Of a stretch of DNA of 64,000 bases, positions 31,639-40,127 are shown one piece after another. The stretch is taken from contig JBBIOR010000006.1 of assembly GCA_037443265.1 (NCBI GenBank), positions 5,166 to 69,165 on the forward strand, written 5' to 3'. Each line of letters starts with the position of its first letter. The stretch's first letter is position 1. Origin of the DNA: Candidatus Fraserbacteria bacterium (lineage in GTDB: Bacteria; Bipolaricaulota; Bipolaricaulia; RBG-16-55-9). Below the pieces are notes generated by a model. It saw only the letters and a program-made list of their open reading frames with translations, was not told the DNA's origin and searched no databases. The position numbers and the translations under genes were made by a program.

Positions 31639-32339
31639 TGTCAGAGATCTTGCGGGCCAGGGGCCTCGTCAAGCGCTTCGACAGCGTAAGAGCTGTCGAT
31701 GGCGTCGATCTTGCGCTCTTCTCTGGAGAGATTCGCGCGTTGATCGGCCCCAATGGGGCCGGGAAGACCACGCTCATCAGCCTGCTGGCCGGCCAGCTCC
31801 GTCCCGATGCGGGTTCGATTGCGTTTGCGAGCCAAGACGTGACCCGCTGGCCAGCCCATCGGCGCGCGCAGCTGGGCTTAGCGCGCACGTTCCAGATTGC
31901 GGCGCTCTTCCCATCGCTGACCGTGCGCGAGCACCTGGAGGCCGCCCTCCAAGCGAGCCCCTCTCACCGCCCTCCAGAGACATCTGAGGTCCTCAAGCTC
32001 TGTCACTTGAAAGACAAGCAAGATGCGCGTGCCGGTGAGCTCTCGCACGGAGATCAACGGCTTCTGGAGCTTGCCATGGCTCTTGTTCAGCACCCCAAGC
32101 TCCTCTTGCTCGATGAACCCGCGGCCGGCCTAAGCTCCACTGAGTCAGAGATGTTGATCCAGTTGCTCTCCGGCCTGAGAGGCCCGGCCGTTCTCATTGT
32201 GGAGCACGACATGCAGGTCGTCTTCCGGCTGGCCGAGCGAATCACTGTCATGCACCGCGGTCGGATCTTGGCCGAAGGCTCTCCCCCAGAGATCGAGCGT
32301 GACCCGCAGGTGCAGGAAGTCTATCTCGGAGGCTCGTGA
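31635..32339 (+). CDS. Liv-type ABC ATPase (LivG-like)
   Basis: GPNGAGKT, LSHG, LLLDEP. Confidence 0.92.
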   Translation: MMSEILRARGLVKRFDSVRAVDGVDLALFSGEIRALIGPNGAGKTTLISLLAGQLRPDAGSIAFASQDVTRWPAHRRAQLGLARTFQIAALFPSLTVREHLEAALQASPSHRPPETSEVLKLCHLKDKQDARAGELSHGDQRLLELAMALVQHPKLLLLDEPAAGLSSTESEMLIQLLSGLRGPAVLIVEHDMQVVFRLAERITVMHRGRILAEGSPPEIERDPQVQEVYLGGS

Positions 32340-33025
32340 TGCTGGAGCTTCTAGATATTCGGGCAGGCTACGGGACAGGCGTCGTGCTCCAAGGAGTCTC
32401 ATTGCGCGTAGGAGCCGGGGAAGTCGTTGGCCTGCTGGGGCGAAACGGCGCGGGCAAGACGACGACGCTCAAGAGCATCTTGGGGCTGGTGCGCCTCCAA
32501 TCGGGCTCGGTGCGCTTTTTGAATCAAGAGATCTCCCAGCGGCCCGCGCACCAGATCCCCAGGCTGGGCATCGGCTACGTCCCCCAGGGTCGCCGAGTCT
32601 TTCCACAGCTTACCGTCGCAGAGAATCTGCTGATCGCATGGAGAGAGGCGCGCATCGATCGCTCACAGCTGGAGCAAATTTTACAGTCGTTCCCTCAGCT
32701 AAAGGATCGTCTCGCTCAGCGGGCAGGGACTCTTTCAGGGGGAGAGCAGCAGATGCTGGCGATCGCACGAGCGCTTCTTATGCAGCCCAAGCTCGTCTTG
32801 CTCGACGAACCCACGGAAGGACTCATGCCCGCGCTCGTTCGCGAAGTCGAGCGTCTTTTGCGCGCACTGAGAGAGAATCGAATGGGTGTGCTCTTAGCTG
32901 AGCAACGCATGGACATGGCTCTGCGACTCTGCGATCGAGTCTATGTGTTGGAGAAAGGGAAGATCGTTTGGGAAGGGGCTCCCGGCGAGGGCCTTCAAAA
33001 ATATTTGGGGATCCAGCGAGAATAG
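32336..33025 (+). CDS. Liv-type ABC ATPase (LivF-like)
   Basis: GRNGAGKT, LSGGEQQM, LLDEP. Confidence 0.92.
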   Translation: MMLELLDIRAGYGTGVVLQGVSLRVGAGEVVGLLGRNGAGKTTTLKSILGLVRLQSGSVRFLNQEISQRPAHQIPRLGIGYVPQGRRVFPQLTVAENLLIAWREARIDRSQLEQILQSFPQLKDRLAQRAGTLSGGEQQMLAIARALLMQPKLVLLDEPTEGLMPALVREVERLLRALRENRMGVLLAEQRMDMALRLCDRVYVLEKGKIVWEGAPGEGLQKYLGIQRE

Positions 33026-33034
33026 TGCCTTTCT

Positions 33035-34093
33035 TCAAAGGCCCAGAGCCTTCCGGGCTTCACGCACAAAGGCCACGGTGAGCTTGACGGTATTCTCAAA
33101 GTCATCGAGCCTCATCAAGCTGAACGGGGAGTGAATATAACGGCAGGGCACGGAGACCACGCCCGAGAGCACTCCTCCCTTGGTCTGTTGAATCGCCCCG
33201 GCATCTGTGCTGCCGTAGGGCGGAATCTTGTACTGGTACGGAATGCCTTCGGCTTCCGCGATCTCTGTCAAGGCGCGGATGAGCTTGGGATTGACGATCA
33301 GGGATTGATCGGCCACAGTGATGGCCGGGCCGTATCCCAAGCGACTGGGCTGACGCGCGCTGGGAATGCCCGGCACATCGGCTCCTACGGTCCCTTCCAG
33401 GGCGAGCGCAATGTCGGGTTCAATCTGATACGCCGCGGTGCGCGCGCCCCTAAGTCCCACCTCTTCACAGGCGGCGAAGTTGGCTACCAGCGTGACCTCC
33501 GGCCTCTCTTTCCTCAGAGCTTTAAGAGTCTGAATGAGCACCGCACACCCCACGCGATCATCCAGCGCCTTCCCCATCACAAATCTCTCGTTGAGCCGCT
33601 CGAACGGATACGAGATCACCGCCGGGGACCCGATGCGAATCCCCATCTCTTCTACTTCTTGAGCTGAGGATGCGCCCACATCGACGAAGAGGTCCTCAAG
33701 CTTAAAGGGCTTTTCGCGCTCTTCGGGCTTGGTGATATGCGGCGGAGGTGTCCCGATGATCCCCTTGACCTTGCGCCCCCTCTGCGTGAGGATCGTCACG
33801 GCGTGTGAGGGGATGATGCGTACATCCCAGCTGCCCAGGGTCGTCAACCGCAGAAAGCCGCCCTCCTCAATGTAGCTCACCAGGAAGCCGATCTCATCCA
33901 TGTGGGCATCGAGCATCAGCTTGACAGAGCTCTTCCCCTGGCGGACGGCGATCACATTGCCTAAGGCATCGATCTTGTACTCGTCGACGTATGGCTCAAT
34001 GAGTTGGCGAATGCGCTGGCGGACTTCGTCCTCGAAGCCGGCTACCCCAAAGGCGTTCGATAGGACCTCTAAAAGCTCCCTGGAGTCTCTCAT
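33035..34093 (-). CDS. M42-family aminopeptidase
   Basis: AHMDEIG, KALDDRVG, EEVGLRGA, TDAG, RYIHS. Confidence 0.93.
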   Translation of the reverse strand: MRDSRELLEVLSNAFGVAGFEDEVRQRIRQLIEPYVDEYKIDALGNVIAVRQGKSSVKLMLDAHMDEIGFLVSYIEEGGFLRLTTLGSWDVRIIPSHAVTILTQRGRKVKGIIGTPPPHITKPEEREKPFKLEDLFVDVGASSAQEVEEMGIRIGSPAVISYPFERLNERFVMGKALDDRVGCAVLIQTLKALRKERPEVTLVANFAACEEVGLRGARTAAYQIEPDIALALEGTVGADVPGIPSARQPSRLGYGPAITVADQSLIVNPKLIRALTEIAEAEGIPYQYKIPPYGSTDAGAIQQTKGGVLSGVVSVPCRYIHSPFSLMRLDDFENTVKLTVAFVREARKALGL

Positions 34094-34199
34094 AGGCGTT
34101 TCTCCTCTTGGGTGATGGCAGATGGCCGCATTATAGACGAAAAGCGATGCCTTGCCCATCGAGGGGAGATCGACTATAATCGCGGCAAAGGAACTCATC

Positions 34200-35390
34200 A
34201 TGGGTCGAAGGCTGTTTACGTCAGAGTCGGTGACGGAGGGCCACCCGGACAAGATGGCCGATCGCATCTCCGATGTCATCTTGGACGCCATTCTCACAGA
34301 GGATCCCCAGGCGCGGGTCGCCTGTGAGACATTCGTGACGACGGGGCTGGTGATGATCGCGGGCGAGATCACCACACACTCCCGCGTAGATTACGCTTCC
34401 CTGGCCCGCCAGGCCATCCAGGAGATCGGCTACACCCGCCCCGAGTACGGCTTCTCTTACGATCAATGCGCCGTCTTAGTGGCCGTCCACGAGCAATCTC
34501 CAGACATCGCGCAGGCAGTGATCAAAGGAGCATCTCCAGACCCCTATGAGAGCCTGGGAGCCGGGGATCAGGGGATCATGTACGGCTATGCCTGCACAGA
34601 GACGGAGGTACTCATGCCACTGCCCATCACGCTGGCTCATGGGCTGGTGAAGCGACTCGGCCAGGTCCGCAAGGAGGGCATTCTCGAGTATCTTAGGCCC
34701 GATGGGAAATCGCAGGTCACGGTGGAATACGAGGACCATCGTCCGCTGCGCGCCCATACGGTAGTGCTTTCTGCCCAGCACGATCCCGAAGTCCCCCTGG
34801 GGCACTTGAAGGACGATCTGATCAAGCACGTGATTCGTCCTGTCTTAGGCGCGTGGCTGGATGGAAAGACAGAGATTCTCATCAATCCTTCGGGACGCTT
34901 TGTCATCGGCGGGCCACCAGGGGACACGGGCATGACCGGCCGGAAGATCGAAGTCGACACGTACGGAGGCTACGGCAGTCACGGAGGTGGGGCCTTCTCC
35001 GGCAAGGATCCTACGAAAGTCGACCGCTCCGGCTCATACATGGCGCGCTACGTGGCCGTCAATATCGTAGCCGCAGAGCTCGCCCAGGAATGCGAAGTTC
35101 AAGTGGCCTATGCGATTGGGCGTGCGCGACCCCTGGCTATCACGATCGATACCTTCGGCACGAGTGTCATTCCCGATGGAGAGATCCAGAAACTCGTCGA
35201 GGAACATTTTGACTTCCGACCGGCGGCCATCATCGAGCACTTGCAACTTAGAAGGCCGATCTACACACCGCTCTCGGCCTATGGGCACTTCGGGCGCCCT
35301 GAGCTTGGGCTCCCTTGGGAGCGACGGGACAGGGCTGAAGCCCTGCGGGAGGCCGCCGGTCTTCGGCCTCTAGAGCAGAGACAACGCTAG
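34200..35390 (+). CDS. metK: S-adenosylmethionine synthetase
   Basis: [26 protein letters not shown]; promoter TTGCCC-17nt-TATAAT at 34152-34180. Confidence 0.98.
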   Translation: MGRRLFTSESVTEGHPDKMADRISDVILDAILTEDPQARVACETFVTTGLVMIAGEITTHSRVDYASLARQAIQEIGYTRPEYGFSYDQCAVLVAVHEQSPDIAQAVIKGASPDPYESLGAGDQGIMYGYACTETEVLMPLPITLAHGLVKRLGQVRKEGILEYLRPDGKSQVTVEYEDHRPLRAHTVVLSAQHDPEVPLGHLKDDLIKHVIRPVLGAWLDGKTEILINPSGRFVIGGPPGDTGMTGRKIEVDTYGGYGSHGGGAFSGKDPTKVDRSGSYMARYVAVNIVAAELAQECEVQVAYAIGRARPLAITIDTFGTSVIPDGEIQKLVEEHFDFRPAAIIEHLQLRRPIYTPLSAYGHFGRPELGLPWERRDRAEALREAAGLRPLEQRQR

Positions 35391-35467
35391 CTTAAGTGAC
35401 GCGCGTTTGTTGTGGATCTCATCTTGTGGTGGTATTCGAGTAGGAAGGCTATAATCAGAAGGCCATC

Positions 35468-35540
35468 GTCCCCATCGTCTAGAGGCCTAGGACGCCGGGC
35501 TTTCAATCCGGCAACACGGGTTCGAATCCCGTTGGGGACG
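35468..35540 (+). tRNA. tRNA-Glu(TTC)
   Basis: Cloverleaf; loop CTTTCAA; no encoded CCA. Confidence 0.95.
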
Positions 35541-35554
35541 CCCATTGCGCTACC

Positions 35555-36724
35555 ATGAACCCAAAGCGAGTCTCTGCCGAACATGCCTCCCTCCTAGCGC
35601 AATATCGCCCGCAGTTCCCCATCTTACAGCAGAAAATCTATCTGAACACCTGTTCGCTGGGAGCACTCTCCAAAAGATCTATCCAGGCCATCCAGGAGTT
35701 TCTCAATCTGTGGAACGAGTGGGGAGCCTCCGCTTGGTATGAGATCTGGCTGAAAGAATTAAAAAAGCTGCGTGCCCGCTTCGCCCAGCTCATCGGGGCT
35801 AAACCCGAAGAGATCGCCCTTTCCCCCAGCGTGTCCACGGCCCTCAGCTCGATCGCCTCGGCCCTCGATCATCACGAGCGCCCCAAGATCATCACCACCG
35901 AGCTGGATTTCCCCACCGTCGCCTATCAGTGGCTGGTGAAGCGCTCTCAGGGCGTGTGCGTAGAATTCCTGACCAGTCAGGACAAGATCCATGTGCCTCT
36001 TGAATCTTATCAAAAGAGCATCGATGAGAAGACGGCGTTGGTGGCCACATCGCGGGTCTTCTTCACCAGCGGCTATCTCCAAGATATCAGAAGCATCACG
36101 GAGCTGGCCCATGCGAAAGGAGCGCTCATGCTGGTGGATGATTATCAGGGCACGGGTCAGGTGCCCATCGATGTCAAAGAACTGGGCATAGATTTTCTGG
36201 TCACCGGCAGCCTGAAGTGGCTCCTGGGCGGGCCAGGCATAGCGTTCTTATACGTTCGTGAGGATCTGCTCTCAAAGCTGCGACCTACGATCACGGGCTG
36301 GTTCGCCGCGCGGGATCAATTCTCTTTCAATCCCAAAGAGTTTGAGTTTCGGGGCGAAGCGACGCGCTTTGAGCTGGGGACGCCCGCCTTGGCAGCGGTG
36401 TACGCAGCCAGAGCGGGCTTGGAGCTCGTGCACGAGATTGGATCCCAAAGGCTTAGGGAGCGCACGAGCTTTCTGACGACACATCTCATTGAGGCAGCGC
36501 ATGAGCGGGGTCTCGGGCCCCGAGTCGCCAAGCGCGAGGAGGAGCGAGCAGGAATTGTGATGCTGCCTGCGGACGATCCAGCCCGCGTGGTCAAAGAGCT
36601 GGCGAAGCGCAACTTCATCATCGACTATCGCCCAGGAGCCTTACGCATCTCGCCCTACTTTTACAATACGCCGGAGGAGAACGAGGCCATTTTGAACGAG
36701 ATCGAAAAGATCATCCGGGCGTGA
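35555..36724 (+). CDS. Class V PLP aminotransferase-fold enzyme, kynureninase-like
   Basis: YLNTCSLG, DDYQ, GSLKWLLGGPG, GWF, RFELGTP. Confidence 0.8.
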   Translation: MNPKRVSAEHASLLAQYRPQFPILQQKIYLNTCSLGALSKRSIQAIQEFLNLWNEWGASAWYEIWLKELKKLRARFAQLIGAKPEEIALSPSVSTALSSIASALDHHERPKIITTELDFPTVAYQWLVKRSQGVCVEFLTSQDKIHVPLESYQKSIDEKTALVATSRVFFTSGYLQDIRSITELAHAKGALMLVDDYQGTGQVPIDVKELGIDFLVTGSLKWLLGGPGIAFLYVREDLLSKLRPTITGWFAARDQFSFNPKEFEFRGEATRFELGTPALAAVYAARAGLELVHEIGSQRLRERTSFLTTHLIEAAHERGLGPRVAKREEERAGIVMLPADDPARVVKELAKRNFIIDYRPGALRISPYFYNTPEENEAILNEIEKIIRA

Positions 36725-36853
36725 AGGGAAAAGCTGCCGGCCCCGCGCCGAATCCAGCCAGGAACGAGCTTCGCCCAGCTGTGTGTAATCCCCATCATAG
36801 TTGAGCACTTGTGGGGCCCTTTAAGATGAGCCTCAAGGAGGTTGGCCCCATTT

Positions 36854-37108
36854 ATGGAAATCGCACAAGCTCGACTGACGGGTACGGTGCAGGAGTGGAA
36901 CCAAGTCTGCGATGGGATCCACACGCTCGACTGTCTCCATCAGGTGGCCCAACTGCTGGCCGACGACCTGCTGCAGATCCTCAGGCGCAACAAAGATCTG
37001 AAGGCCCATCTGCTCGACGAAGGCACCCGCCTGACGCTCGCCCTCAGCCTCCATGTGGAAGAGGGCCAATCCGATGGCCTGGTGCGAGAGTGGCCTTCGA
37101 CTTCTTGA
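36854..37108 (+). CDS. Hypothetical protein (84 aa)
   Basis: AAGGAGG upstream; genome-typical codon usage; no family recognised. Confidence 0.55.
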   Translation: MEIAQARLTGTVQEWNQVCDGIHTLDCLHQVAQLLADDLLQILRRNKDLKAHLLDEGTRLTLALSLHVEEGQSDGLVREWPSTS

Positions 37109-37113
37109 AAGCA

Positions 37114-37342
37114 GAAGAGCTTGGCCAGCTGCGTGCTTTGTCCTTTCGGGGCTGCTGAGCAAAAAGCTGGGGTCAGGAGGTGAGGAACCCCAGCAAAACT
37201 CTGGCAACCTCGAAGGCCCCCTCTTTGGGCCAAGCTCTTCCACCAAAAGGAGGTTGGGTTTCGCTCTCATCCCCCTCTACGATGATGAGAGCCATTAAGA
37301 GAGATTGGGTTTGCGTCCCTCCACCCGCTTGGTTGAGCCTCC
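37114..37342. ncRNA. Candidate structured RNA, unclassified
   Basis: 13-bp perfect IR (37114-37126/37228-37240), internal 8-bp and 9-bp hairpins, second GGAGG/CCTCC-closed domain; no credible CDS. Confidence 0.4.
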
Positions 37343-37437
37343 TCACCGCTCCTCTCACCGAGCTTACATTAGCATAGAAGAGGCAGGAAAGTCAATGCCT
37401 CCCCAGGGAGCAGGCTGGGGAAATTCGTCACCTGGGG

Positions 37438-37510
37438 TGGGCCCGGCAGGACTCGAACCTGCGACCTTCGGCTTAAAAGGCCGCTGCTCTACCAACTGAG
37501 CTACGGGCCC
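37438..37510 (-). tRNA. tRNA-Lys(TTT)
   Basis: Cloverleaf on the minus strand; loop CTTTTAA; no encoded CCA. Confidence 0.95.
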
Positions 37511-37547
37511 CTAGACTCTTTCAGCTTAACGCACCCCAATTAAGACT

Positions 37548-37961
37548 TCAATGCCCGGAACCCCGCCCGTTATTCTTCGCGTAGAGGATCGCGGCCAAGA
37601 TTCCTACACCATCGATGGCCACATCCCGTGGAGTCCCGACTCGCCCCTCCACAGACTGTTGATGATATTCATCGCTGATCGCATAGCTTAGGGCGAGAGA
37701 TGCACTCCAGATCAGCACATGACAGAAGGCGAGCCGGTGGGCCGATAGAGCCCGCCCCAAAAGATACGTCAAGACGGCATATTCCGCGATGTGTGCCATC
37801 TTGCGTAGGATGAAATCCCAGACCCAGGGCAGCCCCGATCCCAGCGACGGGATCGAGGAGAAATAAAAGATCAGCCCGGCCCACAGCAAGACGGGAAGCC
37901 AGTAGAGCACAATAAGCCGCACGCGCTTCACTCCCAAGATGGTACTTGTCGAGTCAGCCAC
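37548..37961 (-). CDS. VanZ-like membrane protein (start uncertain)
   Basis: IFYFSS, RKMAHIAEY, DEYHQ..VEGR..DVAID. Confidence 0.85.
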   Translation of the reverse strand: MADSTSTILGVKRVRLIVLYWLPVLLWAGLIFYFSSIPSLGSGLPWVWDFILRKMAHIAEYAVLTYLLGRALSAHRLAFCHVLIWSASLALSYAISDEYHQQSVEGRVGTPRDVAIDGVGILAAILYAKNNGRGSGH

Positions 37962-38023
37962 CTGCCACCCTGGACATCCTTCCGGGTTGACGCACCGAGG
38001 GGAATCGACTAAGCTGGCCGTGT

Positions 38024-39649
38024 ATGGGTTGCGGGGTTGTGGGGGTTCTTCCCATCCAGAACGTAGAGACGCGTGAGGCTCTCATCTTGGCCATCGAGCT
38101 TCTGGAAGACTGCCGAAACCGCGGGGAAGACGGCACGGGACTTCTGCTTTACGGCCGAGGCCTCTTCCCTCAGCTCTTTCATCTCGAAAAGTGGTTCGGC
38201 TCGGCCTATCAGATTCCCCAGCACCTCTACGAGCTGAATCTCTCTCATCATCCTGAGGTGCTTCTGGGACATACCCGCTATGCGACCCGCGGGGTCATCT
38301 CCGAAGAGAACATCCATCCCGTCTGGGCCAGCTTTGCTAACCCCGAGGGCGAGATCCACCTCTTTCTGGTCATGAACGGGGAGATCTCATTTACGGAGCG
38401 CTGGATTAAGCAAGCGCAGGCTCAGGGTATCAACCTGCATGGCTCGACGACAGACACGGCCGGCTGCGCGGGCCAGATCCTCAAGCTCTATCTGGCTCAG
38501 CGCCATCTGCCGGCCGCTCTCACGGAGTTCTATAAGCAGGCTTTCCCGTTCGGGGGCTTCACGGTCTTGGGATTGCTCATCGACGACGAAGAGGGCTTCT
38601 TTTTCTATCTGAGAGACGGGATGCGCCCGCTCCACTCTGCGCAATCTGAGAGATTTTCGCTCTTCGTCTCCGAGACGAAGCCGCTCACCCGCTTGGGATT
38701 TCGCTATGAGGAGATCGAAGTCATCCCTGCCGGCTCTGTGGGCATCTACTCGCTGGGGGAGAGGCGCTGGGAGCGGCTCGATATGAATAAGATTTTGAAG
38801 GGCCGGGCCAGCCGCGGCGAGTGCTCCTTCGAGTACGCGTATTTTCAGGAGCCCAACTCGATCATGCACGGGGTGAGCATGGATCAGCTCCGCACGGAAT
38901 TTGGCAAGGCTGCCTGCCGGGAGCATCCGCCTCCGGATAAAAAAAATCCCGTGATCGTGACACCCATTCCCAAATCGGGGATTAGCGCGGCCTATGGCTA
39001 TGCCGAGCAGGCCCTCCGAGATGACCGGGACGTGCGCTTAGGCGCGATCGTACTCCGCCGGGGGGGCAGCGAGACCCGCTCGTTTTTGGGCGAAGGCCGC
39101 TCGGAGATCGTAAGGCGCCTTAAGAAGAAATTCGAGATCAACACGCAGGAGGCCAAAGGCGCTGTTGTGATCAACGTAGATGACAGCATCGTGCGCGGCA
39201 ACGTCTCCGCGTGGATCGCGCAGCAGGAGCGCGCGGCGGGCGCGCGGGAGGTGCGCTTTATTTCTGCCTGGCCGCCCATCATCGGGCCGTGCTATGCGGG
39301 GATTGCCATCGACGTGGGCCAACCTCTGGCGGGAATCGTGGCTGAACTGGAGCCCCTGCAGCTGGCAGAGGACCACAGACCCCTGGAAGAGAAGCTCAAG
39401 GAGGGCTATGAGCATGAAGAATTTGGAAGGGTTCACTTTGATGACGCGGGCTACGTCAGCCCCAAGGCCGTGACGGATATTCTGAAGAAGCTCGTCCCGG
39501 GGGATTTCTGCACCGGTTGCTTCTCCGGGCTGTACAACTACATTCACCCTCTCAATATTCTGGGCAAGCCCTATCGCTATGCGAAGTGGCTGGATGAGTT
39601 TATTAAGCTCAACGGGGTGGAGATGCCGGAGGAGGGCGATCCCTCCTGA
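38024..39649 (+). CDS. purF: Amidophosphoribosyltransferase (divergent)
   Basis: N-terminal CGVVG, GHTRYAT, CSFEYAYF, VDDSIVRG (PRPP loop), PCYAGI, CTGCFSG; promoter TTGACG-17nt-TAAGCT at 37987-38015. Confidence 0.8.
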   Translation: MGCGVVGVLPIQNVETREALILAIELLEDCRNRGEDGTGLLLYGRGLFPQLFHLEKWFGSAYQIPQHLYELNLSHHPEVLLGHTRYATRGVISEENIHPVWASFANPEGEIHLFLVMNGEISFTERWIKQAQAQGINLHGSTTDTAGCAGQILKLYLAQRHLPAALTEFYKQAFPFGGFTVLGLLIDDEEGFFFYLRDGMRPLHSAQSERFSLFVSETKPLTRLGFRYEEIEVIPAGSVGIYSLGERRWERLDMNKILKGRASRGECSFEYAYFQEPNSIMHGVSMDQLRTEFGKAACREHPPPDKKNPVIVTPIPKSGISAAYGYAEQALRDDRDVRLGAIVLRRGGSETRSFLGEGRSEIVRRLKKKFEINTQEAKGAVVINVDDSIVRGNVSAWIAQQERAAGAREVRFISAWPPIIGPCYAGIAIDVGQPLAGIVAELEPLQLAEDHRPLEEKLKEGYEHEEFGRVHFDDAGYVSPKAVTDILKKLVPGDFCTGCFSGLYNYIHPLNILGKPYRYAKWLDEFIKLNGVEMPEEGDPS

Positions 39650-39684
39650 GGGGCCAGCTAGACCTCCTCAAAACGCTGGAAGTC

Positions 39685-40125
39685 GTGCTCATAGCGACCC
39701 TGCTCTTTGGGGCTTGGGGGGCCGAGGAGGCAGGGGCCTTCGTTCGGGTGGGAGCGGGCCTAGCCGTTGTAGGTGACAGCTTTGCGCCTCTGGGGCGCGT
39801 GGTGGTGGATGTGCTCCCTCTTTGGTTCATCACCCTCTCAGTCGATGCGGAGTATTGGCTCTTCTCCGCGAGTAGCCATCAGCTGTTGCCGTTCATGGCG
39901 CTGAGCCTGCCGCTCATCTTTCCAGTGACTCTTGGAGCGGCTCCGATTGTGACTCTCTCCTCTCAAGGCGTGGGCGTCGTGCCGGCGACCCTGGCGATCA
40001 AGGGGGGATTGGGCCTGTTCGTGGGGCCTTTTGGGGTCTTTGGGGAGATGCTCGTCATCGTGTCGGCTCCGCAGTCTTTTGTGGACGGGATCTTCTTCGC
40101 GGCCGGGGTGACCGTGGGTCTTTAG
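39685..40125 (+). CDS. Hypothetical exported/membrane protein, possibly beta-barrel-like
   Basis: Signal-like N-terminus; alternating hydrophobic/Gly strands. Confidence 0.6.
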   Translation: MLIATLLFGAWGAEEAGAFVRVGAGLAVVGDSFAPLGRVVVDVLPLWFITLSVDAEYWLFSASSHQLLPFMALSLPLIFPVTLGAAPIVTLSSQGVGVVPATLAIKGGLGLFVGPFGVFGEMLVIVSAPQSFVDGIFFAAGVTVGL

Positions 40126-40127
40126 CT

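Noticed and set aside
37114..37240. Retron msr/msd-like long inverted repeat
   Set aside because: No reverse transcriptase anywhere in the window
37290..37345. Minus-strand GGTGGAGGGACGCAAA resembles pieces of SAM-I and c-di-GMP-I riboswitches
   Set aside because: Other required elements (GGCAACC on the same strand; GGCAAA...GAAA stem) are not in place, and there is no downstream CDS; needs an Rfam scan
36725..37437. Possible tRNA-Lys-integrated islet
   Set aside because: No integrase and no duplicated tRNA 3' end found
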